This document shows positions 46,960 to 61,031 of a stretch of DNA of 64,000 nucleotides, in pieces. The DNA comes from Heterodontus francisci (lineage: Eukaryota). Position numbers and translations under genes: made by a program. The stretch is taken from positions 1 through 64,000 of the forward strand of contig NW_027141721.1 of assembly GCF_036365525.1 (NCBI RefSeq). The letters run 5' to 3'. Under the pieces are notes generated by a model. The model did not search any database. It had not been told where the DNA came from and was given only the letters and a program-made list of their open reading frames with translations. Within the stretch, counting starts at the first letter, position 1, and each line of letters starts with the position of its first letter.

Positions 46960-48100
46960 GTATAAACAGGATTGGACCAAGTCAGCATGGGTTTGCGAAA
47001 GGGAAATCATGCTGAACAAATCTACTGCAGTTGTTTGAGGACTTAACAAGTAGAATAGATAAGGGAGAACCAGTGGATCTGGTGCATTTGGATTTTCAAA
47101 AAGCTTTTAATAAGGTCCCACATAAGAGGTAAGCATGCAAAATTAAAGCACATGGGATTGGGGGCAATATACTGGCATGGATTGAAAATTGGTTGACAGA
47201 CATGAAACAGAGAGTAGGAATAAACGGGTCTTTTTTCCAGGAAGCAGACAGTGACCAGTGGGATATCACAGGGATCAGTGCTTGGGCCCCAGCTATTCAC
47301 AATATATATTAATGACTTGGGTGAGGGAACTAAATGTAACATTTCCAAGTTTGCAGATGACACAAAGCTGGGGGTAATGTGAGCTGTGAGGAGGATGCAA
47401 AAAGACTCCAATATGATTTGGACAAGTTGGGTGAGTGGGCAAATGCATGGTAGATGCAGTATAATGTGGATAAATGTGAGGTTATCCACTTTGGTTGTAA
47501 AAACAGAAAGGCAAATGATTATCTGAATGGTGATCGACTGGGAAAGGGGAGGTTCAGTGAGACCTGGGGATCCTTGTACCCCAGTTGCTGAAAGCAAGCA
47601 TTCAGGTGCAGAAAGCAATTAGGAAGGAGAATGGTATGTTGGCCTTCGTTGCAGGAGGATTTGAGTACAGGAGCAAGGATGTCTTACTGCAGTTATACAG
47701 AGCCTTGGTGAGATCAGATCTGGAGTATTGTGTGCAGTTTTGGTCTCATTATCTGAGAAAGGATGTTCTTGCCATGGAGGGAGTACAAATAAGATTTACT
47801 AGGCTGATTCCTGGGATGGCAGGATTGACGTATGAGGAGAGATTGGGCCGACTCGGCCTATATTAACTAGAGTTTAAAAGAATGAGAGGGAATCTCGTAG
47901 AAACGTCTAACATTCTAACAGGACTATTCAGGCAAGAAGCAGGAAGGATGTTCCCGATGGCTGGGGAGTCCAGAACCAGGGGTCACAGTCTCAGAATACA
48001 GGGTATGTCATTTACAGCAGAGATGAGGAGAAATGTCTTCACTCAGAGGGTGGTGAACCTGTGGAATTCTCCTGCTCCTATTTTCTGTGTTTCCATGTTT
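46960..48100 (+). mobile_element. CR1-like LINE fragment
   Basis: QHGF, DFQKAF, QGSVLGP, KFADDTK and LEYCVQFW remnants, degenerate. Confidence 0.9.
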
Positions 48101-48188
48101 CCCTACTTGAATTTTCCTCTCTAACAGCTCACAGTATAAGAGGGTGGTATGTTTTTGACCCAGCCCTGCACCTGTTTGAATCACTGTG

Positions 48189-48490
48189 ATCACGAGCAGC
48201 GCAGTAATACACCGCCCTGTCAGTCTGCTCCACCCTCAGTATTTTCAGGCTGCAGGATTTAAAATCGGGTCTGGTGATTTTAAATCTCTCCTTGAAACCC
48301 TCTTCAGGCCTGGGATCAGATGTACCAATCGAGTTCACTATGAGCTGCAACCCTGCTCCGCTCTGCTGGCGATACCAGTACATGTAACTCTCGCTGGTGT
48401 CATTCTGGAAACAGTGCATTTCCGCAGTTGTCCCCTCTGCGACCATCAACCGGTTCCCCCACTGAGTAAGGAGGGCACTCCTGGACCGGG
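48189..48490 (-). CDS. TRBV: V exon, family A copy 2
   Basis: ARSRSALLTQWGNRLMVAEGTTAEMHC...WYRQQSG...AVYYCAARD. 23-RSS CACAGTG-23-TCAAAAACA (48188-48150). Confidence 0.97.
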
Positions 48491-49304
48491 CTGTGGAGAA
48501 ACATGAGAAACAGATCGGATCAAACATTTAAACAGGCACAGTAAGGACAGAGAGATACTTAATGTTTAAAATTGCGATGCACACCACAGTCGATCTGAGC
48601 CAACATACAGACCGGTCATCTCTGGAGGCTCAGTATCCGCTGGGCACACCTGCAGCTGCGCCCAAATCGCTGCACTTGGCCTCAGTGCCCATTGCTGGGG
48701 AGGACAAAAGTCAGCCAGCTTGCCCACATTCCCCGCCGCCAACACTAGCTCTATTGCAATGTCCTTGCACCGTCCGCCAGTCCAGCGACACTGACTGGGT
48801 CAGCTCATTGACATTGTGGGCAATGTGCCCAAAATCAGCTGCCTAGGACTGGCCAACCTTCAGGTAATGGGCAGGGCGAACAAGGCAAGTTACATTTATT
48901 ATTGAACAGAGTAAGAAACAATTAGGACCCAAAAGAAAGGCATTTCCAGAGCCAGAGAATGATACAGCTCAGCAGGAAGCCCTTCGGCCAATCGCGCCTG
49001 TGCTAGCTCTTTGAAGAACCTTTCCAAATATTCCAACTCCCCTGCTCTTTACCCAGAGTCCTGCAAATATTGCCCATTCAGGAATTTATCCAGGTCTCCC
49101 TTTTTTTTTAAAAGAAAAGGTTGCAATTGCATCCACCCGGCTTTCAGACAATGTATTTCAGAGCAGAACAATTCACTGCTTCAAACAGTGAAGAATCCTC
49201 CAAGTGATCGAACTGTTTGAAGACTTTCTGCAACAACGAGAATTGATGTTGCCCAGGAGCAGATTAATCCGGGCCCGGATTTCCCTAAAAGTAGGAGCAG
49301 TAAC

Positions 49305-49350
49305 CTGGGAGCAGCAGAAACAGTAGATGGAGGTAAACAGTACACAGCAT
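49305..49350 (-). CDS. TRBV: Leader exon for V at 48189 (MLCTVYLHLLFLLLP)
   Basis: Paralog of the 44647 leader with the same donor. Upstream AGTGACGTTA (49455-49464) and CCAAT boxes. Confidence 0.85.
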
Positions 49351-50131
49351 GATGCAGGAATGTGAACCGTGCTCTCCACCTTCCAGATTTGTCCGGCTTT
49401 CACACACACTGCAGTCCTATTGGTCCTGCACATGTCTTTGTCATCTAGGGTGCAAGTGACGTTATTGCAAGGGCAACCAATAGAACGACCCTTGTGTATC
49501 CAAGCAAATCAGATCCTCCTTTCCAATGTCTGAATGTAAGAATTAGAATGACACAGGATTGACTTGCAAAGTCCCATCTATTGCAGGGTTTGGGGATGTT
49601 CAGAAAGATTGAAACGGTTGACAAATGTGTACTTTATAGAGAGATATGTGATGTGAAGAGACTGTAGAAACTCCCGGGGGAGAACTAATTTCACCAATCA
49701 GCATTTCAGGTGGCCAGTGAGTGGATAGTTAAGTCAGACCTCTCTATATAAACCTTCCCCATCATAGGACAGCTGTACTAGTAATGGAGAAACTGGGACT
49801 GTTTTCCTTAGAGCAGAGAAGGTTAATTGGAGATTTGATAGAGAGGTTCAAAATCAGGAAGGGTTTTGATAGAGTAAATAAGGAGAATCTGTTTGCAGTG
49901 GTAGAAGGGTCAGTAAACATGGGACACGGATTGAAGATGATTCATCAAAGAACCAGAGAATGTCTGGAGGCTCGGTGTCCGCTGAACAGAACTGAATCTG
50001 CTCGAAATCAATAGCAAAACCAAAGCTCTGAAGGATTTAACTGATTGGAACCTTTTCATATCAACAAGAGTTGCTGATGTTCAAAGCTGATTAACCGGGG
50101 CCCGAATTAACCTCCAAATCGGAGCAGTAAC

Positions 50132-50177
50132 CTGGGAGCAGCAGAAACAGCAGGTGTAGGTAAACAGTACACAACAT
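50132..50177 (-). CDS. TRBV: Extra (orphan/alternative) family A leader exon MLCTVYLHLLFLLLP
   Basis: Intact ATG, frame and donor. No V exon lies between it and the 49305 leader. Confidence 0.75.
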
Positions 50178-50659
50178 GATGTGGGGATTTGAAGCCTCCT
50201 ATCTCAGCCCCCTTGTCACACTCTGCAGCCCTCTCTCCCTCCCTCTGCGCCTCCTCTGGTGTTGCAGTGCGGAGATGCCGTCACTGCATGACCGTCCAAC
50301 AGAACCTCTTGTTTATCAATGCAAAGCACATTGTTCCTCCTTAGTTGTGAAGAATATTGAATGTACAGCAATGACTTGCAATGTGCAAGCAATTCCAGAG
50401 GTTCGGGAATCTCCTGAAGGGTGCAATGTGTGGAGGTGTAGATTATTTGGAGAGTTTGGAAGAGTTAGGACTGTCTTCCTCTTCACAGAGAAGGTTAAGA
50501 GGAGATTCAATAGAGGTGTTCACAACCATGAGGGGTTTTGATAGGGTAAGTAATGAGACACTGTTTGCAGTGACAGGAGGGTCGGTAACCAGAGGGGCAC
50601 AGATTTGAGATCATGGGCAAAAGAACCAGTGTCCCCTAATCCTTGTACCATCAGCTCAT

Positions 50660-51330
50660 GAGAAAAACACCAAAAAAATCAACAAAAGCCTCAGCAGGTG
50701 AAAAACACCAATAAATTCAACAACATTAGCAGGAAAATAAATCAACAATTTCAACAACAATTTCAACAGGAGAAAAACACCAACAAATTCAACAACAACC
50801 TCACCAGGTGAAAAACACCAACAAACTCAACAACAACCTCAGCAGGGAAAAACACCAAAACATTCAACAACAACTTCAACAGGTGATAAACACCAACTAA
50901 TTCAACAGAAGCCTCAGCAGGTGAAAACCACCAATAAATTCAACGACATTAGCAGGAAACAAAATCAACAATTTCAGCAGGAGGAAAACACCAACAAATT
51001 CAACAACAACCTCAACAGATGAAAAACACCAACAAATTCAACAGCTTCAGCAGGAAAAATCACCACAAAATTCAACAACAACCTCAACAGGTGAAAAACA
51101 CCATCAAATGCAACAACAACTTCAGCAGGTGAAAAACAGCAACAAATTGAACAACAACTTCAGCAGGAGATAAACACCAACAAATTCAACAACAACCTCA
51201 ACAGGTGAAAAACAGCAACAATTTCAACAACAACTTCAATCAGAAGAAGGCACCAACAAATACAACAACAATTTCAGTCGGAGAAAAACACCAAAAAATT
51301 CAACAACAACCTCAGCAGGTGAAAACCCCC
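50660..51330. repeat. About 38-bp CAA-rich tandem repeat
   Basis: Unit approximately aacaacaacctcagcaggtgaaaaacaccaacaaattc, degenerate copies. Confidence 0.9.
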
Positions 51331-52689
51331 AACATATTGAGAGTGGAAAGGGATTGGTGAAGCTGGTAGAAATAACACAGCAGGCACATAAGCATTTTGT
51401 GGGAGTTTAGGATGGAGGGTTACTGGGGAATGTAAATAAGGGATGCTGGATGCCAAGTAACTGTGCATGTATCGTGTGAATGGAGGAGGCTGGGGTTAGC
51501 TACAGAGCAGTGAGGGGAAAGATTGAAACAGACCAGATGATGTGTCGGGGGGTGAGGACAGGCCACGCAGTGTAAAAACACCCGTGTTCAGGACTCTATT
51601 CTATTATATTTCTCAATCTCTCTATCTGCTTTCAGTCACAGGATGTGGTTGCGCCTGTGATGTGCAGCATTCAGTGCCCACCACCTCACTGTCCTTGAGA
51701 AGGCGGCGATGAGCCCACCCCCATTGCTGTCTGTGCCCATCACAGCTTTTGTACGAGCGACATTCTTGCCCGGCCAATTCAGAGGGCCCTTCAAGAATCA
51801 ACCATATTGTTGTGGGACTGGAGTCACCTCTTCAGCCAGACCGGATAAGGATGGCAGGTATCCTTCTCTCTGTGACAGATGAGGTTTTAGTCCAATGCAG
51901 TAGGTTAATGTTCACCGTGACTGAGAGCAGCTTTTCATCAATTCCAGCTTTATCTAATGAAGGGAATAGAAATAATCTAGCATGCTGGGATTTGAATTCA
52001 CATCTCCAGGTTATTAGCCCAGGCCTTTAGATTACTAGCCCAGTAACATAACACTTTGCTACCTTACCCTTTAACCTACTGTTTTGCCTCAGCCCTAGGA
52101 GTGGAAAAATAAAAATGTGTGTCGGGTAAACCCACAGAACAGGCTGTTTATCTTTCTTGCTGCATCCGTGAACATGTTTAAACATTTGCAGCTGCACTCT
52201 GATAACCACACATCCTGACGGTGCCTTTCCTGTCTCTGTGTCTCTCTGTACAATGCGATTCTGTTGCTGTATTGTGCTGACAAAGTCCTTCCACAACAGC
52301 ATGCAAAGGAAACAGTGCAGAGGAATTTACAGGTGGTTAAGGCGACAAATTGAATGAACAGGGGAGATAGGAGGAGTTGCACTAGCTGGGTTGATCTTGC
52401 AGAGAGCTGGCATGGACTCGATGGGCCGAATGGCCTCCTTCTATACTGTAACCAGTCTCTGATTCTTTGATCGATTTCCTGTGGTCGGAGAATCTGAAAA
52501 TATCTTTGATCAGTCAATCAAGTGTGAAGGAAATGCAACACCCAACATGTTTACATTGCTTGTTCTTTATTCCCTCAGGTGGAGAAGATTAAACGGTGAT
52601 CTGACTGAGGTGTTTAAAATGATTGAATGGGTTGACAGGGTAGATAGAGATAAACTGCTTCCTCTTGTTGGGGGCGGGGTACGGGGGCA

Positions 52690-53520
52690 GAACAGCAGAG
52701 AAGGAGCCTGTTCGGCCCTTCGAGTCTATGCGGGCTCTCTGTACAGCAATCCAGTTTGTCCCATTCCTCAAGCAAGTTTATTTCTCTCTAAGTTCCTATC
52801 TATTTTCATATTGAAATCATTCATTCTCTCTGATTCCACCACCCTGGTAGGCAGTGAGTTCCAGGTCATTACACCTCGCTGCGTAAACAACATATTCCTC
52901 ACTTCGCCCCTGTATCTCTTGCCCAAAACCGTACATCTGTGTCCCCGAGCCATTCAGCACCATTCGCAACTTCACAAATAGTGAAGCAGTCCATACCTGC
53001 ATGCAGCAAGACCTGGACAATATTTGTAACCATCAGCTCATGGGAACAGCTTTTCATTGTCTACTTTACCTAAACCTCTCTTCATTTTGTACACTTCTAT
53101 CAAATCTCCCCTCAATTTCCTTTGCTCCAAGGAGAACAACCCCAGCTTCAACAACCTAATCATGTAGCTAAAATCTCTCATCCCTGGAACCATCCCAGTC
53201 CATCTCCTTTACACCCTCTCAAGGACCCTACAACCTTCCTCAAGTGTAGTGACCAGAACTGGACTCAATACTCAAGTTGGGGCCGAACAAGAGCCTTATA
53301 AATGTTTCGCTCAATCTCTCTGCTTTTGAACTCTACACCTCTATTTATAAATCTCGAGATCCCATAAGCTTTGTGAACCTCTCTCTCCATATGTCCTGCC
53401 ACCTTCAAAGATCTATGCACATTAACCCCCAGGTCCCTCTGTCCTTGAACACTCTTCAGGCCTGTGTCATTAAGTCTGTATTTCCTCTCTGTCTCCCTTC
53501 TGCCAAAATGAATCACCTGA
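52690..53520 (-). mobile_element. CR1-like LINE 3' fragment
   Basis: RDLGVNVHRSLK...YKALVRPQLEY on the minus strand, plus the family 3' tail. Confidence 0.82.
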
Positions 53521-56428
53521 TAGCAATGTAGTTCACTGTTAACTGCCTCTGAAATGGGCTGGCAAGTCATTCAGTTCAGGGCAATTCGGCATAGGTAATG
53601 AATTCTGACCTTGTCAGTGATGTGCACATCCCTGAATATGTGCTTCTTTATATAAAATTCCTCCTTCTCCATTTTTCTTTCACTGTTTTCTGACTTTGCT
53701 TCCCCTCTTTACTTCCTTCAGATCATCTGTTTTAGTATATCACAAGTGTTGGTCAAACCAGTCACTATGAACGAGCAGACTTGGGGAAATCCAGTTGTCC
53801 ATTTTGTGTGGAATGGTTATGATTTTAATCTGTTTCAGAGTTAGTGGAATTGACTATTAGGTAGATGGGTCAAGTCACTGCTGCATTGCTCGCTCAGTCT
53901 CTCCAGAAGCAAGTGGGACTCAGGCTGCGGTGGAGCTCCATCCCCATCTCGTGGCTGTAATGTGTAACTACAGGCACCTGAGATTTGCAAAGTGCAATTG
54001 ATAAAATAGGCATTATGAAGACATGCTTTGAAATTGCTCCGTCTTCCCATTTTTTATCCATTGCTTCAGCTGGTGACGCTAGTGACATCGAATTAGATAG
54101 AAATTGCAGCACAGATTCAGGCTATTCGGCCCGATGGCCCCACGTTCCAGACTAGCCTGGGGCAGATGGTGATGTCGTTGTCATGTCACTGAGCTGGTGT
54201 ACCAGAAGCGGGGATGAATCTCCAGGGGACATGCGTTAGAATCCCACCAGGTCAGATGGTGGAATTTAAATTCAATTAATGAATAAATGCAATTATTTCA
54301 TCAGAAAATCTGCAATTGAAAACTAGTCTCAGTTCAGGTGTCCTGACACCCAGCTGGCTCACTCATGTCTTTTCGGGAAGGAAATCATCCGTCCAAACCC
54401 GCTCTGAAAACCTCAACATACTGAGTTTCACCTCCTCAATGAACAGACCTGATTAATACAGCCCCTTCACCAGCGCAGTGAGGATATCACAACATGTCAG
54501 TGTGAAGCCTTCTGTTCTGAAAACTGTCTCTCACTTGATCACATGAAGTGAGCACCAGATCTCCCGTTATTCCACCTGGAAACAGGGAGCACGGGAGTGG
54601 GGGGCGGGGGGAATGTTCCTTTAGACTTGGCACGATAGATGTGGGAGTTGTGCTAAAGTCACGATGGAAATTCAGGCTCTCTCCTAGTTTCCTACAAACA
54701 CCTGGGCCAATGTAATTGCAAAATAGAACCTGGAAATCTACAAACTGGCATCTGGGTGCAAATATTTCAAGTTTGGAATGATATAAATGTCACTTAATGC
54801 CCCCTAAACAATCATATTAAAGGCTCATCTACGGGATATCAAATCATTGAGTTTTTTTTTCGCATTGCCGGAATATATTGTGTGAAATAGGTGAGAAGTG
54901 AAAAATTTCAGAAGCAGCCAAGTTGACCTGTGGAGCTGCTGTGGGGAAAGCTCACTCTGTCTGAGCATGTTCTCGGCAGCGGCTGCAGTGGAGTAACACT
55001 GGCACCTAGTGGCTCCAGCTGCAACTGCAAGCACCGATTCTGCAGGCGTTTCAGTGTCAGACCCTGAACCTGTTTCAGTCATTAGTTATCTTCTCCTACT
55101 CGACTCGTTTTGGCGCTTGTGGCACAGAACTAGATGGAAGTTAGTGCACAGATCCGCGCCATTCGGCCTGACAGCTCCCTGCTTCACTCAAGCCTCAGCC
55201 AGTCAAATACATATTGAAGTGCACTGTTGTCATGTCGGTAAGGAGGCAGACAAGCTGCAAGATCAAGTGCAGCGTTATTCATAAAGAAAAGGGAGTGGGA
55301 GTAATTGGACAGGGAGGGTGAAAACCAGGGATCATAAATGTAAGGTAGTCCTTAATAAATCCAATTCGGAATTCAGGAGGAGGTTCTTTAATCCAGGGAA
55401 CGTTGAGAATGTAGAATTGACGACCAAATGGAATGGGTTGAGATCGAATAGAGACGATGCAGTTAAGGGGGGAGCTGATTAAATACATGAGTGAGAAAGG
55501 AATAGAAGAATCTGCTGATGGTGCAAGATAGAGAGAGATGGGAGGAGGTCGCTCTTTCGAACAGCCAGGCCAGGATCGTTGGGCTGAATGGCCTGGATCT
55601 ATCCTGCATGATTCTATGATCCAATAAGACCCGTCAACCTGCTGCCTTGTTTCAGGGCCAAGCCAGTTTCATTTCCCCCCTTGTGCTAAACGGGAGTTAA
55701 AGGGTTAAGTTCTTCACCGCACTGAACTCCAGTCACTGTGAAAATTCTTCAAAAGACCCCGAGAGACTGAGAGACAAATGGGTTAACAGTTTTGAACAGA
55801 TGCTGAAGCCGCCATCTGGAGGCAGGTGTTCCAGTCAGAGACGGATCTGGAGAGGTTTCTCGCCTTTGCACTGTATGAATCATCAGAGACATGATTAAAG
55901 GTTCCAAGATCAACCATTTCCTATTTGTATGGACGTGAGTCCATTAGAGTAATGAGGGTAAGCGGAGATTTGAAAGACGTGGTCAGATGTGTCTTGATAG
56001 AGAAACTGTATCCAGAGGGTGGTATCGTCTGTCAGGAGGGTCGATAAACCAGGGACCAAGAATTGAAGGTAATTGGGAAAGGAACCAGAGTGGGAGATGA
56101 GTGGAATCTTTCTCCTCAGTGAATTGTTATCATGTGGAGGGCACTGACTGAAAGGGCGGTGGAAGACCATCCAATAGTAACTTCCAGATGTCAATTGGAG
56201 AAGTAGATGAAGGGGAGATTTATTAGTGCAATGGAGAACTAGTCAGTGAATGGGAACTAGTTAGACAACTCTGTCAAAGAGCCAGTTCATTCAACAGCAG
56301 ACATAGAAACTGACAGATAGTCAGAGTGATAGAATAACACCCCAGATAGACAGGTCTATCTCCCATAAGTGAGTTCTGTCAATGTTTAGAGTTTTTGCTG
56401 AACTCCGGCGCCTTTCTGAGTCACTGTG

Positions 56429-56727
56429 CTGACTCCAGGCACAGTAATACACGGCTGATTGATTCGCCAACAGGCTGGAGGACTCCAGGTAAAAATGGGT
56501 GTTGTCGGGTATCCTAGCGGTGAAACCGTCCACCTCACCGGAGGGGTTGACCGTTCCGGCGGGGTAGGAATAGAAAAGATTCTCGGGCTCACGGTCCGGA
56601 TGCCACCGGTACCAGTAGAAATAGGACGTAGCAGTTGCTTCAGTGTAAATACACTGGATCCTGACTGGAGATCCTGGGGAATGGGATATGGAAGCAGGAG
56701 TCTGTTGGATCAACACGGCCCCCACTT
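56429..56727 (-). CDS. TRBV: V exon, family B copy 1 (CAWS type)
   Basis: EVGAVLIQQTPASISHSPGSPVRIQC...WYRW...LFYS...FYLESSSLLANQSAVYYCAWS. 23-RSS CACAGTG-23-GCAAAAACT (56428-56390). Confidence 0.97.
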
Positions 56728-56999
56728 CTGTAAAACAGAGAGGGAACGAGGGAGATAAACCCAAGGACAATGTCAATAAAGATATCAACAAGAAGAGGTA
56801 GAGGCGGGCAGACAGAGAGATAAAGAGAGAGGTGGGGACCTGTTGGAGGCAGAGATAAAGGCAGAGAGAGAGATAGAGAGAGAATGAGAGACAGAGAAAG
56901 AATTATAGAGGGAGAAGGAGAGAGACAAAGACAGACAGAGACTGAGAAGCAGAGACACATGTACATCATTGTCACCTCACAGTTCAGACACCTCCTTAC

Positions 57000-57042
57000 C
57001 CGTTAACACCAACAACACAACCCAGAGCTGAGACAAAGACAT
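57000..57042 (-). CDS. TRBV: Leader exon for V at 56429 (MSLSQLWVVLLVLT)
   Basis: 43 nt, phase-1 donor gtaagg. TATAAAA and Runx AACCACA lie at 57064-57075. Confidence 0.9.
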
Positions 57043-58319
57043 CTCTGGAGGGTGAAGGATCCGTGTGGTTTTATATGAAATGACTGAGCACTTTTATTGT
57101 CGAGTATCTCAAAGTTCTGGGCACTGACTGAAATTCACAGCTTCCTTCTCCATCACTTTATCATTCAGATAGGCGGGACCCAGTTTTCTTTCATTTCCGG
57201 GGAGGGACCAATGTTAGACTCCTGGTAATCGCTTTCTGGAACTGCAGTTCTGTGTCATTGACATCTGCAGCCCGATCATTCGGAGCTCTCTCCAAATATG
57301 TGCACCTAGTACTCCAGGTGTGTTCTCACCAAGACCCAATACAAGTGTAATACGACTTCCTTATTCTTGTACTCCCATCCCCCTTGCAATAAAGACCAAC
57401 ATGCCTGAAATTCAACAGAAGCACTTCATTGGCTGTAGAACCCCTTGGGAAGTTCCAGATCGGCTTTCCAACTTTCTCCCCTCTTTCAGATACTGACGTT
57501 GACTATATAGAATTGCAGACAATATAGAACACAGCATCAGGTGAACGGATCTATACAGGTGTTGATGTTCCACAGATACATCCTTTCATCCCTCTTTATC
57601 TCATCTTCTCAGCATCTCCTGTCAATCCTTTCTGCCTCGTATGTCTACTAGTATCCCACTGAATACTATTTGCCTCCACCACTGCCTATGGTGGTTCGTT
57701 CCCCATTCTCACCAATCTCTGGGTAATGAAGTTTGTCCTGAATTCACGTCTGGATTTGTACTGAGTATTTTATACCTTATAGTTCTGGTCTTGGGCCTCA
57801 AGTGAAAATATCTTCTCTACGACTATCCTATCAAACCTATTAATAATATTAAAGACTTCTTATCTGGGCACCCCTCATTTCTAGAGAAGGACCCCTGCCT
57901 GTTCGATCTCTACTGTTATGTATAATTATACCGTGATCTAAATGTGGTCTAACCAATGTATGTAGACGCCAGAACTGTGCACAGTGCTCCAGTTGTGATC
58001 TAACCAATGTATAATGAGAATGGAACAGTGCACAGTTCTCCAAATGAAGTCTAACCAAGGAATGAGGAGTCCTGAAATGTTCACAGTGCACCCAGTGTGT
58101 TTTAACCAAGGAGGTTGGAGGCCAAACATGTGCAAATTCCAATTTTGGAACCCAGGTACATGAAGATAAAACTGTGGATGAGGCCCTGCTCTTTGAGTTC
58201 GTGTAAAAATTACGTGAGTTTGAGGTCAGTCTGTATGTGGTTCTTTGTCTAGACAGTGGATAGCTCTGAACTGCTTTGTCCTGTCAGTCACTGTAAATAA
58301 ATGCACCTCCACATTGATC

Positions 58320-58930
58320 TTACCTTGGAGAACCTACAGTCGACACCTCAAAGCACAGGAGAAGTAACACCAGAGGTGCCTCCGCATTAACCTCCAAATC
58401 CAGTGGCAAAACAGGTAGTCCAACAGCATCGTCCTCTCCCAAACCAATCTGTCTAGTGTCAGGGTTCGAGTCACCCAAAACCAGCTCCACTGGCTGGGAC
58501 ATGTCGTTCACATTCCTGCCACCAGACTCCCCAAAGAAGCAGTTCTACTCAGAACTTAGCCGTGTCAGGAGACTCCCAGGAGGACAGCGGAAACGTTTTA
58601 GAGATGTCCTCACAGCATCCCTGGAGAGATGAAACATCCGCATTGACTCCTGGGAGAACATGGCTCCTGAACATCCCAGTTGGAGAAAGGACATACGGGA
58701 AGGCATCGGACACCTCGAGGAACTTAAGGAACATGCAGAGGCAAGGCCGAGGCATCGGAGGGAGCGCACAAACCTGCAAACTACTCACCTGCCTGATCCT
58801 CAAAGCACCACCTGCCCATCATGTGACAGAGTCTGCAGATCATACACTGGACTCATCAGCCATCTCAGAACCCATTGAACCGGAGTGGAAGCAAGTCATC
58901 CTCAATCCAGGGGGAACTGCCTAAGAAGGT
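58320..58930 (+). mobile_element. RTE-like LINE 3' fragment
   Basis: QLHWLGHV...RLPK...YSEL...GGQRKRFRDVL and TCPSCDRVCRSYTGLISHLRTH. Confidence 0.8.
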
Positions 58931-61031
58931 GAACTCTCTCCAGCTTCCGGGTTAATTTATTATTTTGCACCATTCTGCAAAAGCAAACCCGCTGTTAAAA
59001 CCTCAACATACTGAGTTTCACCTCCTCAAAGAACAGACCTGATTAATACAGCACCTCCACCAGCGGGGTGAGGATATCACAACATGTCATTGTGAAGCCT
59101 TCTGTTCTGAAAACTGTCCCTCACTTGATCACATGAAGTGAGCACCAGATCTCCCGTTTTCCACCTGGAAACAGGGAGCATGGGGGGCAAATGTTACTTT
59201 AGACTTGGCACGATAGATGTGGGAGTTGTGCTAAAGTCAGGATGGACATTCAGGCTCTCTCCTAGTTTCCTATAAACTCCTGGGACTATGTAATTGTAAA
59301 ATACAAACTGGAAATCTACAAACAGGCATCTGGCTGCAACTATTTCAAGGTTGGACTGATATTAATGTCACTTAATGACCCCAAAAGGATCCGATTTAAA
59401 GCTCATCTACCTGATATCAAATCATTGATTTGTTTGACATTGCCAGAATATTTTGTGTGAAATAGTTGAGAAGTGAAACATTTCAGAAGCAGCCAAGTTG
59501 ACCTGCAGAGCTGCTGTGGGTAAAGCTCACTCTGTCTGAGCATGTTCTGGGCAGCGGCGACAGGAGAGTAACACTGGCACCTAGTGGCTCCACGTGCAAC
59601 TGCAAGCATCGATTCTGCAGGCGTTTCAGTCTCAGACTCTAAAATTGTATCAGTCATTGGCTTTATCCTCCTACTCGACTCCCGTTTGCGCTTGTGGCAT
59701 AGAACCAGATGGAAGTTAATGCACTCTTCCGCGCCATTCGGCCCGACAGCTCTCTGCTTCACTCAAGCCGCAACCAGTCAAATACATTTTGAAGTGCAGT
59801 CACTGTTGTAATGTCGGGAAGGAGGCAGACAAGCTGCAAGATCAAGTGCAGGGTTATTCAGAAAGAATAGGGAGTGGGAGTAATTGGACAGGGAAGGTGA
59901 ACACCAGGCATCATAAATGTAAGGTTGTCCTTAATAAATCCAATTGGGAATTCAGGAGGAGGTTCTTTAACCCAGGGAGCGGTCAGAATGTGGAATTGGC
60001 GAACAACTGGAATGGGTTGAGGTCGAATAGAGACGATACTGTTAAGGGGGGAGCTCAATAAATACATGAGTGAGAAAGGAATAGGAGAATCTGTTGATAG
60101 GGTAGGATGAAGAGAGATGGGAGGAGGTCGCTCTTTCGAACAGCCAGGCCAGGATCGATGGGCTGAATGGCCTGGATTTGTCCTGCATGATTCCATGATC
60201 CAATAAGAGCCGTCAACCTGCTGCCTTGTTTCAGGGCCAAGACAGTTTCATTCCCCACCCACACCTCCCCCCCCTTCCCCCACTTATACTAAACGGGAGC
60301 TAAAGGGTTAAGTTCTTCACCGCACTGAACTCCAGTCATTGTGAAAATTCTTCAAAAGACACCGAGAGACTGAGAGACAAGTGGGTTAACAGTTTTGAAC
60401 AGATGCTGAAGCCGCTGTCTGGAGGCAGGTGTTCCAGTCAGAGACGGATCTGGAGAGGTTTCTCGCCTTTGCACTTTATGAATCATCAGAGACATGATTA
60501 AAGGTTCCAAGATCTACCATTTCCTATTTGTATAGACTTGTGTCCATTAGAGTAATGAGGGTAAGGGGAGATTTTAAAGATGTTGTCAGAAGTGTCTTGA
60601 TAGAGAAACTGTATCCAGAGGGTCGTATCTACTGTCAGGAGGGTCGATAAACCAGGGACCAAGAATTGAAGGTAATTGGGAAAGGAACCAGAGTGGGAGA
60701 TGAGTGGAATCTTTCTCCTCAGTGAATTGTTATCATGTGGAGGGCACTGACTGAAAGGGCGGTGGAAGACCATCCAATCGTAACTTCCAGATGTCAATTG
60801 GAGAAGTAGATGAAGGGGAGATTTATTAATGTAATGGAGAAATAGTCAGTGAATGGGAACTAGTCAGACAACTCTGTCAAAGAGCCAGTTCATTCAACAG
60901 TAGACATAGAAACTGACAGATCGTCAGAGTGTTAGAATGACACCCCAGATAGACAGGTCTATCTCCCACAAGTGAGCTCTGTCAATGTATAGAGTTTTTG
61001 CTGAACTCCGGCGCCTTTCTGAGTCACTGTG

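Noticed and set aside
54825-55284. Paired ORFs also seen at 59403-59811
   Set aside because: Similarity is explained by the V cassette duplication. Frames and lengths are not preserved and there is no recognisable domain.
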